A stretch of DNA of 64,000 nucleotides from a virus, in IMG/VR virus record IMGVR_UViG_3300016667_000367, positions 1-64,000 of that record; one strand, 5' to 3'. Below, piece by piece: positions 1-8,547 of the stretch. The position numbers were made by a program, and so were the translations under genes. Under the pieces are notes generated by a model that worked only from the letters and a program-made list of their open reading frames with translations, did not search any database and was not told the origin of the DNA. Every line of letters starts with the position of its first letter. Position 1 is the stretch's first letter.

Positions 1-474
1 AGGCTCTAAGGGACTTCCAGCAATTCAAAGGGTTTTACAACAGCTTCCACAATGACACTGTTGGGCCTCGTCCAATAACTATCAAGCCGCAGAGAGTTGC
101 CAGCCTTGAAAAGAATGCTTATCCTCTTCGTACTGACAATGACGGAAGGCAACTTGAGCACCGCTAGGATACTCAATGATGCCGTCACGTTTTCTAATCT
201 TTAATTTGTCGCCATAGAATTCTCTATGCAAGCTGACAAAAGTTTCAAAGATTCCTCCGGGTCCATGAATTTGTGGAGTACTGAGTAGATAGCCTTCGAG
301 ATACAAGACCCCTGAATTTGGGGTCATCCGTATGCTTCAGGAAATCCATAGCACCAAGATAGCTTTTTCCGGCTATTAGCCAGCTCCGCCGCCAAAAACT
401 ACAATATCTTGAGGGGCATTGATATATAGCTCCTGCTTATAAGAAGCAGGGCCGATTACTTTTTGTTCAGACAT
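1..474 (-). pseudogene. terminase large subunit-like P-loop ATPase, N-terminal region only (gene runs off the left edge); reading frame broken at least twice in the first ~250 nt
   Basis: minus ATG at 474 gives MSEQKVIGPASYKQELYINAPQDIVVFGGGAG then TAA; Walker-A-like AGKSYLGAMDFLKHTDDPKFRGLVSRR continues in the -1 frame; ORF 82..327 (..IEYPSGAQVAFRH..) is back in the first frame; ORF 6..188 is in a third frame. Confidence 0.3.
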
Positions 475-1543
475 TCGTGTTTCCTTTCGTTTGTGCCTGT
501 TTATAAATTTTCTGATATTCTGTTAGGTTGTTGTACCTAATTAGAACTTCCTTCTTAATAACCTCTGCACAATCAAGGTTGTAGCACTCAGAATATCCAG
601 TATTCTTGAAGTACTGCTTCATTTGATCGTTTGGTAAAGAGTCTTTACTCATGTCTTTATGTATTGACTTCTCAACAAGCATAGCAGAGTATCCGCTTTG
701 CGTATCAAACTCAAATAGAACACCTGTTAGCTCTATATCTCTGATTCTATATTCACGAATTCTATTCTTGATACTCTTACCGTATCCAAATTTAATAAAC
801 TTAAATCCGGTGTTAGTTATAAATTCTAGAATGTATATTTTACTAGGCTTTGACCAAGCAGTGTCATTGCAGGCATGACAAACACAATTACCCCTTAAAG
901 CCGCAGACTTGTAAACTTCTCTTTCGTGTCCACAAGAATTAAACCTGTACATTGCTTTTGCTGCTGTTGTTTCTTTTACAAAAGTAAGTCCGTTGTTATT
1001 GAGTATATTCTCTATTTTTTGCTCATAACAAACTTGACATTTCCCGGAAGCTGTTTTGATTGCATGGCGTATATAAGTGAATTCGTGACCACAATCTTTA
1101 TATCTAAATTTACCAACCTTAGTTGGTCTAGAATATTTATTATCTACTGGTCTGGGATCAATAACTTCAATATTGCATTCTTCCAGTGTCTTGCTATAGT
1201 CTTCATTGTAACAAGTTGGACACTTATAGTCTGAATCAGACTTGTGTAGATTGGACTTATAAATGCCAACAATGTGCCCGCAAGATTCAATCTTAAAAAG
1301 ACTAGGTACTTTTGCACCTCTGTCCTCTACAAGTGAGACTTTTCGCTTTCTCATGACCTCTTGAAATTCAAGATCATTACAAGTTCTACAAACAGTCCTT
1401 GCTTGATGCCTCATGTTATTAACTTCAGCAACTTTTTCATGTCCGCAAGATATTCTTTTATACAAGTATTTATCTCTGTCTACTTGTTCTAAAATCTCAT
1501 AGCCTTTCTCTAAGGCTTCTTTTACATATAGTTCTCTAATCAC
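467..1543 (-). CDS. 358-aa protein with four tandem C-x2-C...C-x2-C zinc-ribbon repeats (SCGHE...C.TC) and a C-terminal GIY-YIG-like segment (KIYILEF...KFGYGKS...R); putative free-standing endonuclease/DNA-binding protein
   Basis: ORF track; repeated SCGHE(x~18)CxxC modules read directly in translation. Confidence 0.5.
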   Translation of the reverse strand: MIRELYVKEALEKGYEILEQVDRDKYLYKRISCGHEKVAEVNNMRHQARTVCRTCNDLEFQEVMRKRKVSLVEDRGAKVPSLFKIESCGHIVGIYKSNLHKSDSDYKCPTCYNEDYSKTLEECNIEVIDPRPVDNKYSRPTKVGKFRYKDCGHEFTYIRHAIKTASGKCQVCYEQKIENILNNNGLTFVKETTAAKAMYRFNSCGHEREVYKSAALRGNCVCHACNDTAWSKPSKIYILEFITNTGFKFIKFGYGKSIKNRIREYRIRDIELTGVLFEFDTQSGYSAMLVEKSIHKDMSKDSLPNDQMKQYFKNTGYSECYNLDCAEVIKKEVLIRYNNLTEYQKIYKQAQTKGNTNV

Positions 1544-1640
1544 TTATCCCGTACTCCTACGAAATACTCACTGAATAACAAATCGGCAGGAGGGCGAGTA
1601 AACCTCTTTTCGGGGATCAGCCTAGCCGTTTGCATAAAAA

Positions 1641-2054
1641 TTAATTCTCGTCTTGTCCTACAATCTTCAGAGAGAAAACAGGACCGCTGTTCTGCTGCTG
1701 CACCTCAGTCCCCTCTTGCTCCAGCTTATCTTCATCTCCATCATAAAGATCAAGAGTAAGCCTCCTATAATTATCTAGCAAAATCGTAGCAGCTTTCAGT
1801 TGGTTCTGGTGACTAGCTTCATCATTACGCATAATCTTACTAGCCTGCATAATAGCTTCAGCTACATGAGGCTTGATCTTGCGTAGAAGCATAAGTAGTT
1901 CGCGTTCTTTTAGTTCGCGGTTAGTAGGTTGTTTATCGCGCTCTGAGTTAGGTGTGCGACCTGCAGCCCAAGGAGAGGGTCCACCTTTCTTCCAGTTTGG
2001 ATTACCCTTGCGTTTAGGTTCTTGCTCTTCTTTTGGTTGTTCTAGTGCTGACAT
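1641..2054 (-). CDS. hypothetical basic protein (137 aa)
   Basis: ORF track; fits the compact minus-strand gene array. Confidence 0.5.
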   Translation of the reverse strand: MSALEQPKEEQEPKRKGNPNWKKGGPSPWAAGRTPNSERDKQPTNRELKERELLMLLRKIKPHVAEAIMQASKIMRNDEASHQNQLKAATILLDNYRRLTLDLYDGDEDKLEQEGTEVQQQNSGPVFSLKIVGQDEN

Positions 2055-2238
2055 AGCATCTCCTATAAATTCTTAACTAATGCATTGATACTTAGTAATA
2101 CAAATGCATTAATAGCCTAGCTTACCTTATACTAGATGCAATTTTTAAAGGCTGCATGGTGTAATTACGCCTGCACCTTACGGGTGCTGATCGGACGCTC
2201 TAACCGGAACATCATCGGTCACTAAGATAGGTGATCTT

Positions 2239-2314
2239 TGGAGCAGGCACTCGGTAACGATCCGAAGTATTGCAGTTTGGAAGACTGCCGTGTATCCATG
2301 AACACTTTACCTGC
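2239..2314 (-). tRNA. tRNA-Gly (anticodon TCC), CCA encoded
   Basis: hand-folded cloverleaf: acceptor GCAGGTA/TGCCTGC, anticodon arm GCAGT-CTTCCAA-ACTGC, T arm TTCGG-ATCGTTA-CCGAG, 3' TCCA. Confidence 0.6.
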
Positions 2315-2324
2315 TTGGTTATTG

Positions 2325-2397
2325 CTGTCTAGGTTGGGATCGAACCAGCGACCAATTGATTAACAGTCAATTACTCTACCGTCTGAGCTACTAGACA
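2325..2397 (-). tRNA. tRNA-Asn (anticodon GTT)
   Basis: acceptor TGTCTAG/CTAGACA, D arm GCTC-AGACGGTA-GAGT, anticodon arm ATTGA-CTGTTAA-TCAAT, T loop TTCGATC. Confidence 0.65.
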
Positions 2398-2502
2398 AAA
2401 CTTTGGTGGAAGATGATGGTAACGCTCCACGAGGCAACTTCCTGACTTATTAAGCCAATGGTTTTACAGACCACCGTCAGGGGCATCTTCCTTTGATTAT
2501 TC

Positions 2503-2590
2503 GGGGACGATCCGATTCGAACGGATGGAGGGATGTTATCCCCCGGAAGTTTTCAAGACTTCTGCATTAAGCCGGACTCTGCCACGTTCC
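2503..2590 (-). tRNA. class-II tRNA-Ser-like (anticodon TGA) with imperfect acceptor stem; possibly a pseudo-tRNA
   Basis: anticodon arm GAAGT-CTTGAAA-ACTTC, variable-arm hairpin GGGAT-AAC-ATCCC, canonical T arm ATCCG-TTCGAAT-CGGAT; acceptor pairs only 5 of 7. Confidence 0.35.
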
Positions 2591-2601
2591 AATAAAATTA
2601 G

Positions 2602-2677
2602 TGGTGCCACTAGTTCGGATTCTAACCAACGACCTTCCCCTTACAAGAGGGATGCTCTAACGCTGAGCTATAGTGGC
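2602..2677 (-). tRNA. tRNA-Thr (anticodon TGT), CCA encoded
   Basis: GCCACTA-TA-GCTC-AGCGTTA-GAGC..TCCCT-CTTGTAA-GGGGA..TAGTGGC-A-CCA. Confidence 0.6.
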
Positions 2678-2684
2678 AATTTTT

Positions 2685-2918
2685 TTAACTAAACTTCTCA
2701 ATCCTATGGTTAAGAATATCTAAATATCTCTGCATGAAATACGCCTGATCTTGCAGGAGCACCATGTCTTTATTACCAACTAGAATCTTACCATTGTAAC
2801 TATTGTAACTATTGTCACTATCGAGAAACACAAGAAGATCATGAAGTTTGCATGATAACTCATCACGCTCTTCAATTACACGTATTTTCCAATCATTCTG
2901 AACAATGCAAGTATTCAT
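2685..2918 (-). CDS. hypothetical protein (77 aa)
   Basis: ORF track. Confidence 0.5.
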   Translation of the reverse strand: MNTCIVQNDWKIRVIEERDELSCKLHDLLVFLDSDNSYNSYNGKILVGNKDMVLLQDQAYFMQRYLDILNHRIEKFS

Positions 2919-2934
2919 AGCTATCCTTTTCTAA

Positions 2935-3153
2935 TTATATACCAAAGGCATCAGTATCGTCAAATAGATACATTCTATCATCAGGGATGAATGCTTGAAC
3001 TTTTCCTGATGGATTTACTAGAAGATTTACTTCAAGTTCTGCTTCTGAATCCAAGTCAATAGGTGAAGCATCCGAGCAATCCTCGCAGTAAGAACCTTTA
3101 TTATAGCTCGTTTTCTTAAAGTAGCAACCGCATGATAAGCAAATCATACTCAT
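2935..3153 (-). CDS. small Cys-rich zinc-ribbon protein (72 aa; CLSCGC...CEDC)
   Basis: ORF track; paired CxxC motifs. Confidence 0.5.
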   Translation of the reverse strand: MSMICLSCGCYFKKTSYNKGSYCEDCSDASPIDLDSEAELEVNLLVNPSGKVQAFIPDDRMYLFDDTDAFGI

Positions 3154-3423
3154 CTCCTAATGTTATTCTTATTATTAATTTATAGTTACCCCCGAAGGGC
3201 TAGGTTACTTATCCTAGAGCTTACTGAAAGTAAATGAAAGTGAAAGGAGTTTAAAGCCGATCATTTAAAAACATAAGCAGGTTCATTCGGGTTAGTGTCC
3301 TAGTATCATGCTCCTTAAGGCAGTCATAATGCGCTTAATGCATTATTTTACAAATAGGAAATACTCAGGATTTAACCTGAATGAATTCTACCATGCTGTA
3401 ATTATTAAAACAAGGTTAGTAAA

Positions 3424-3810
3424 TTAATCATGATTAGCTAGTTTACTTCTTAGTTCGTAACCCATTAAAGGCCAAATCTTATTAACTGCATTCTCTCGTG
3501 CAATCTTCTTGCCAATCTCAGCGTTGAAGTTTTCAGGGGAAGCACAAGCTGATTCACCAGTGACTGTAAAACCATTCTTAAGTACTAATACGCAGAACGT
3601 AAGAAGACCAAGAGGTAGCACTTGTACACCTTCACCATATACAGCTTCTGATGCAGTAAAATAGTATTCACTCGTAATATTATCTTCAATATCTTTTGGA
3701 GTAATCCTCGGAGCCTTATCAGCACCTGATCGCTTGATGTCAATCTCAATCCAATCATCAGATGTCTTTGGTAGTGGTGATGGAATATTATTCATTGCAA
3801 ATCCTTTCAT
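3424..3810 (-). CDS. hypothetical phage protein (128 aa), possibly Gp49-like (TGESACASPENF)
   Basis: ORF track; family assignment tentative, from memory. Confidence 0.45.
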   Translation of the reverse strand: MKGFAMNNIPSPLPKTSDDWIEIDIKRSGADKAPRITPKDIEDNITSEYYFTASEAVYGEGVQVLPLGLLTFCVLVLKNGFTVTGESACASPENFNAEIGKKIARENAVNKIWPLMGYELRSKLANHD

Positions 3811-3814
3811 TTAG

Positions 3815-4315
3815 TTAATCAAATACGCAGTACTTTGACAAAATCTTAGCAAACCTCAACTTTAACTTCATGTACTCCCTCTTAGCTACTACAATATCCT
3901 CGCAGAGCATTGTACGAAGCCTTCCGTCTTCCTTCCACTGCAGCACATAGCAATACACATTACTACCGTGAGGTTTCATCTGCAATGCACCAGAAAGGTT
4001 CCTATGAGCTTCCTTAACCGTCTTAAGTACTTCCCTTGGAACTATCTGCAAGTTTACTAGCCTAAAGTCCTCGTAGTCAAGATTCTTATGAAGAACAACC
4101 TTATCATCAGGAACGGCAATATCGTTACCAATCTCAGCAGCAATCCTGTTAGCCTTCAGCTTGAACTTCTTACCCTTCCTGAAGAATGTAATGTAACCAT
4201 CTTCATCAGGGAATATCTGTCTCATGCTATCCAAGCAGTCCTTATCTTTAAGTAAAAAGAAAGTACCATCATGCAGGTTGTACTGAATGTAATCACGATA
4301 GGTAGTATGCTGCAT
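3815..4315 (-). CDS. hypothetical protein (166 aa)
   Basis: ORF track. Confidence 0.5.
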   Translation of the reverse strand: MQHTTYRDYIQYNLHDGTFFLLKDKDCLDSMRQIFPDEDGYITFFRKGKKFKLKANRIAAEIGNDIAVPDDKVVLHKNLDYEDFRLVNLQIVPREVLKTVKEAHRNLSGALQMKPHGSNVYCYVLQWKEDGRLRTMLCEDIVVAKREYMKLKLRFAKILSKYCVFD

Positions 4316-4390
4316 ATAAATCCTTAAAAATTAAAAGTATGTTATATGATAATTATGATGCTGTCAAGAGGGTTTAGGAAATATCTTTGT

Positions 4391-4430
4391 TTACTCTTGC
4401 TATGCTGTACTTACTCGTGCTATACTTGCA
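4391..4430 (+). promoter_or_regulatory. divergent-promoter region: two tandem 20-bp direct repeats containing a TTGCTA-18-TATACT sigma70-like element ahead of the plus-strand early block
   Basis: ttactcttgctatgctgtac / ttactcgtgctatacttgca read directly. Confidence 0.3.
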
Positions 4431-4454
4431 CTATCAACAATATGAAAGGGTTAT

Positions 4455-4658
4455 ATGTTTAAAGTTAAGTATGACAAAGACAAGGCAATCTTCCTGCGAA
4501 AGATCGGATGGGAATACAGTGATATTGCTGAGTTTCTTCAGTGCAGTGAGTCATGGTGCAAGCTGAATCTCAAAGGAGTTGAGAAGGATAAAGAACTTAT
4601 GCATAAGGCAGCGGTTATTGCTCGTTTGTATATTCAGCAAGTTAAGGAAGAAGTATGA
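4455..4658 (+). CDS. hypothetical protein (67 aa)
   Basis: ORF track; ATGA overlap with next gene. Confidence 0.45.
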   Translation: MFKVKYDKDKAIFLRKIGWEYSDIAEFLQCSESWCKLNLKGVEKDKELMHKAAVIARLYIQQVKEEV

Positions 4659-5917
4659 CTAAAACAGTAGAAGTTCTTGATGCCCTAATGGGTTCAGGTA
4701 AGACTCATGCAATCATTGAATACATGAGTAAGCACCAAGATAGACCTTGGTTGTATATCAGCCCTATGCTTGAAGAGGTTGATTCCAGAGTTCCTGAGAG
4801 GGCAGACGAACTTGGTCTTGAGTTATTCATTCCATATGCTGATGATTTGCACACAAAGGCAGAGACTTGTCTGAAAGCACTGAGTAAAGGAATGAATGTG
4901 TGCTGTACTCACAATCTGATGTATAAGTTCACCAAGCACCACCTTGCAGAGATCAAGAAGCACGGCTATAACGTAGTATCAGATGAAGAACTCAATTTGA
5001 TAAATGGTTATGGCACAAAAAAGGAAGACATTGAATTTCTAATCAATAATGAAATTATCAAGATTGATGAAGAATCGGGTCAGGTTATATTTTTAGATGA
5101 GGATATGTCACTAGAGGCTAAGTATGGTGACATCAAAGCTAAATCCGATCTTGGTATGCTTTATGCAGCAAAAAGAAGCACTAGGTTCATGGTTGTTCAG
5201 CTATCCCCTAAGATTATTGACAATTCGGAAAGATTCATTCTTCTGACATATAACTACAAGGGTAGTTTAATGCAGACCTTCATGACTATGCATGGATATG
5301 AGTACAAAGAATTTAACGAGGTAACTCTATACAAGACAAACAAGGAAATCATAAAGGACTTGCTTGAAAGGATTGAGTTTATTGAGACACCATCAGTAAA
5401 GAAAATACAAAATAGCTTTACACTGAGTAAGTCTTGGTGGGTTAATGCTTCTGCAAAAGAAAGAGAATCCGTAGCTAAGTGCATCAGGTCTTGTATGCTT
5501 AAAGCTGGACTAAAGAAGGGTGAAATATTTTATACAGTACCAAAAGATTACTCGACAAAAGCAAAAGGATTCAATACGCAGTGGATAGGCAGTCAACCTG
5601 AGATTGGACAAGATGGTGAACCAATAGAAAGCACAAGAAGTTTTATTGCTTGTAATGCAAGAAGTACTAACGTGTATGCTGAGAAGAAATTAGCAGTACA
5701 TGCTTACAATATGTATCCAAATCAGGCTGTAAAGGCTTTCATACAGGGTCAGGGGTATGTTTGTGATGATGAAGTGTTTGCACTAAACATGATGCTACAA
5801 TGGTTGTTCAGAGGATGCATACGTAAGAAGGATGGGAGCAAGATGAAAGTAGCTATACTAAGCAAGAGAATGAGTGTACTATTCAAGGAGTGGTTGATGA
5901 AGAGTACAAAGTCGTGA
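4655..5917 (+). CDS. P-loop NTPase (N-terminal Walker A GSGKTH); Zot/RepA-like, possible replication-initiation or DNA-transaction ATPase
   Basis: MTKTVEVLDALMGSGKTHAIIEY at the N-terminus. Confidence 0.45.
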   Translation: MTKTVEVLDALMGSGKTHAIIEYMSKHQDRPWLYISPMLEEVDSRVPERADELGLELFIPYADDLHTKAETCLKALSKGMNVCCTHNLMYKFTKHHLAEIKKHGYNVVSDEELNLINGYGTKKEDIEFLINNEIIKIDEESGQVIFLDEDMSLEAKYGDIKAKSDLGMLYAAKRSTRFMVVQLSPKIIDNSERFILLTYNYKGSLMQTFMTMHGYEYKEFNEVTLYKTNKEIIKDLLERIEFIETPSVKKIQNSFTLSKSWWVNASAKERESVAKCIRSCMLKAGLKKGEIFYTVPKDYSTKAKGFNTQWIGSQPEIGQDGEPIESTRSFIACNARSTNVYAEKKLAVHAYNMYPNQAVKAFIQGQGYVCDDEVFALNMMLQWLFRGCIRKKDGSKMKVAILSKRMSVLFKEWLMKSTKS

Positions 5918-6268
5918 AGGCTGGTTCTTCATGTCACCATCAATTTCATGTGTCGTAAACAGTGTTTTTTGAGGCCAATCCTTAAGAACCAAGAGAGAAA
6001 TTAAACAAAGAAGAAACTGACGTTATTTGCACCTCGCATTGCTTGTATAGTATATTACTGCAAAAAGGTGCAAATAAAATATCTCAACAAAAGGAACCAT
6101 CATGCCAATCCAAGACCTTATCCAAATTCTTAAAACATACCTCCGAGAAGAAGGTAATCTTGATGTAGTAATCAAGGATTCAAAATATCTTGTGTACTTC
6201 CCTATTGAAGTTCATCTTCAGGAGGATAGGGTTGGTAAATTCTTAATCATTGAGTAAAAAGTAAATCC

Positions 6269-6484
6269 ATGAAACTACGATATAAACGCAAGCAGTCAAA
6301 TAGATGCAAGCACTTCAGAAGTCTGCGTGCTACTATTAGGGGTATATTTAAAAGAAACGTAAAGTACAGGCAGTACATGAGGGAAGACGGTAGTATTGGT
6401 GCATTACCTGAATACAGATGGACTGAAGAAGATAAAAAGTACTCATTTGCTGTGATAAATAAGATGAAGAAGGTTAGTAAGTGA
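6269..6484 (+). CDS. hypothetical basic protein (71 aa)
   Basis: ORF track. Confidence 0.4.
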   Translation: MKLRYKRKQSNRCKHFRSLRATIRGIFKRNVKYRQYMREDGSIGALPEYRWTEEDKKYSFAVINKMKKVSK

Positions 6485-6558
6485 ATTATTGAATTATTAA
6501 ATTACTGACTCATTGACATACAGCATGATCGTGCTACACTACTTTTAACTAAACAACT

Positions 6559-6831
6559 TTGAAAGGAAATGATATGCTAGAAAAGCAAGTAGAAGCTTAC
6601 TCACTATTTGAATTCTGTCAGAAGGTTCAGGAGAATATCCTAAATGGCTTTAAGTTTGACTTTGAGAGTAATGCTAGGTTCCCTACAGCATTTGGTACTA
6701 TGCTTGTAGCAGGTATGGTGAAGGATGGTGTACCTGATGTTAAGGTTGAGGTAGTATCCGAGGATAAGGAAGAACCTAGCGTAAAATCAGTAAGTACCTC
6801 TCGTAAATCACGGAAAGTTGAAGTTGAGTAA
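6559..6831 (+). CDS. hypothetical protein (90 aa)
   Basis: ORF track. Confidence 0.45.
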   Translation: MKGNDMLEKQVEAYSLFEFCQKVQENILNGFKFDFESNARFPTAFGTMLVAGMVKDGVPDVKVEVVSEDKEEPSVKSVSTSRKSRKVEVE

Positions 6832-6902
6832 TTAACAAGCATAATGATGGTGCATAACTAGCACCCTGCTATTTTATAAATATCCTTAAGGTAAGGAGTT
6901 GT

Positions 6903-7655
6903 ATGAAGCGTCCTGCAAAAATGTCTCGTAGAGAAAAGTCACAACAAGGTCATGATGGAGCTATTGCTAATCGCAAGGCGCACAACTGGTCCGAGCAATA
7001 TGGCATTAACCAAATTAAATTAACAGTCAGTCAAACTGAACTTATGCACAAGATTCAGAATAACACACTGACTTTTGTTGATTCCGTGGCGGGTAGTGGT
7101 AAATCATTAACTGCACTTTATACTTTTGTAAAGGAGTATTTGAGGGACAATACAAAACAACTCATTATTATTCGTACACCAGTTGAAGCCGGTATGGATA
7201 AGATTGGTGCACTTCCTAATGAGTACGAAGCAAAAATTGAACCGCACTTTGCAAGCACTAGGAAGATTCTTGAGGAACTTCTGAGCAGGGGTAAAGTAGA
7301 AACTGACCTAGGACATAGGATTCACTTCAAGATTCCAAACTTTGTTCTTGGTGCAACATTTGATAACTCCTTAATTCTTTTGGATGAAATGCAACAGGTT
7401 CCGCCAAATATCCTAAAGCTACTTCTTGAGCGTATTGGTGTTGATAGTAAGTGCGTTGTCATGGGCGATAGTACTCAACTATATACTGGCACCGACAGCA
7501 AGCGTAATGGTCTTAAGGATGCATTGGGTCGATTCCTAGATACTGATGGTGAGCCAAAATACAACGATGTAGCATTTCATAAATTTGGTATTCAAGATGT
7601 AATGCGTAGCGAAATCGTAAAAACTGTAATCACGGCTTATACTGGTCTTGTATAA
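6903..7655 (+). CDS. phoH: PhoH-like ATPase
   Basis: Walker A VAGSGKS, LLDEMQQ and VVMGDSTQ motifs as in PhoH family. Confidence 0.65.
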   Translation: MKRPAKMSRREKSQQGHDGAIANRKAHNWSEQYGINQIKLTVSQTELMHKIQNNTLTFVDSVAGSGKSLTALYTFVKEYLRDNTKQLIIIRTPVEAGMDKIGALPNEYEAKIEPHFASTRKILEELLSRGKVETDLGHRIHFKIPNFVLGATFDNSLILLDEMQQVPPNILKLLLERIGVDSKCVVMGDSTQLYTGTDSKRNGLKDALGRFLDTDGEPKYNDVAFHKFGIQDVMRSEIVKTVITAYTGLV

Positions 7656-7668
7656 ACAAGAAAATCCG

Positions 7669-7697
7669 TTGACAGTAGGACAGGACTGTAGTAACAT
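7669..7697 (+). promoter_or_regulatory. sigma70-type promoter TTGACA-17-TAACAT for the downstream homing endonuclease
   Basis: ttgacagtaggacaggactgtagtaacat read directly. Confidence 0.45.
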
Positions 7698-7725
7698 ACA
7701 GTCTTGTTCAATCTTAAAGGTACTT

Positions 7726-8514
7726 ATGACCTCAAAAGTAAATATTCTTGGTAAAGTATTTCAATCCAAAAACTACGGAGAGTACATTGTTACTGAGTAT
7801 AAAAGTTGGAGAGAAGTTCACATAATGTTTACAGCAACAGGATTTAAAACTGTAGCTCAATTAAAAGAGATAAGAACCGGAATGGTTAAAGATTATCTCC
7901 TACCTACTATTTGTGGCGTTGGATATCTTGGTATCGGTGATTATAAGTGCCAGCGTATAAACGAATATGGTAAACGCGCAAATACGCCGGAGTATGAAGT
8001 ATGGAATGGAATGTTGAAACGCTGCTATAACAAGGAGTGGAGAGATAAGCAGGGTAGGCAATCATACGAAGGCGTGACCGTTTGTATTGAGTGGCATAAC
8101 TTCCAAAATTTTGCAAAGTGGTTTAACGAAAATAAACCAGAAGGTGATTACGCACTAGACAAGGACTTAAAAATTATTGGAAATAGGCAATACAGTCCTG
8201 AATCATGCACATTTCTACCAGTAAGAGTGGACAGTCTGTTTACTGGAACTATGGATGATCGTGATCTACCAAGAGGTGTTCATTTCTGTAAAAATAAAAA
8301 GAAATACATCGTGCAACTACACAAGGGTGATGTGACTGCAAAAGGTAATCCAAAACAAACATATCTTGGTGCATACACAAGTAAAGATGATGCAATTCGT
8401 GCTTATCGAGAAGCAAAGATTGAGGTGGTTAGTAAAGTTGCAGAGGAATATAAGGATGTTCTTGATCCAGTTGTATATCAGAACTTAAAAACACGGGTTT
8501 TAGAATTTATTTAA
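7726..8514 (+). CDS. free-standing homing endonuclease of the HNH-AP2 type (DKD..GN..YSPEsC nuclease core plus C-terminal AP2 domain), paralog of 30886..32181
   Basis: WNGMLKRCYN...W.NFQNFAKW...LDKDLKIIGNRQYSPESCTF; AP2-like LPRGVHFCKNKKKYIVQ...YLGAYTSKDDAIRAY; start moved to MTSKVN ATG with RBS. Confidence 0.6.
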   Translation: MTSKVNILGKVFQSKNYGEYIVTEYKSWREVHIMFTATGFKTVAQLKEIRTGMVKDYLLPTICGVGYLGIGDYKCQRINEYGKRANTPEYEVWNGMLKRCYNKEWRDKQGRQSYEGVTVCIEWHNFQNFAKWFNENKPEGDYALDKDLKIIGNRQYSPESCTFLPVRVDSLFTGTMDDRDLPRGVHFCKNKKKYIVQLHKGDVTAKGNPKQTYLGAYTSKDDAIRAYREAKIEVVSKVAEEYKDVLDPVVYQNLKTRVLEFI

Positions 8515-8547
8515 GAAACGAATTAACGAATTAGTAAAGGAGCCCTC

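Noticed and set aside
651-1234. Plus-strand ORFs 651..878 and 926..1234 (and similar antisense ORFs such as 22476..22745, 31375..31788, 33029..33301, 56496..56822)
   Set aside because: They lie wholly inside longer, motif-bearing genes on the opposite strand; shadow ORFs.
2405-2490. 86-nt element with perfect 8-bp terminal helix as a class-II tRNA
   Set aside because: Could not place D, anticodon and T arms on either strand by hand; left as tRNA-like or unresolved rather than called.
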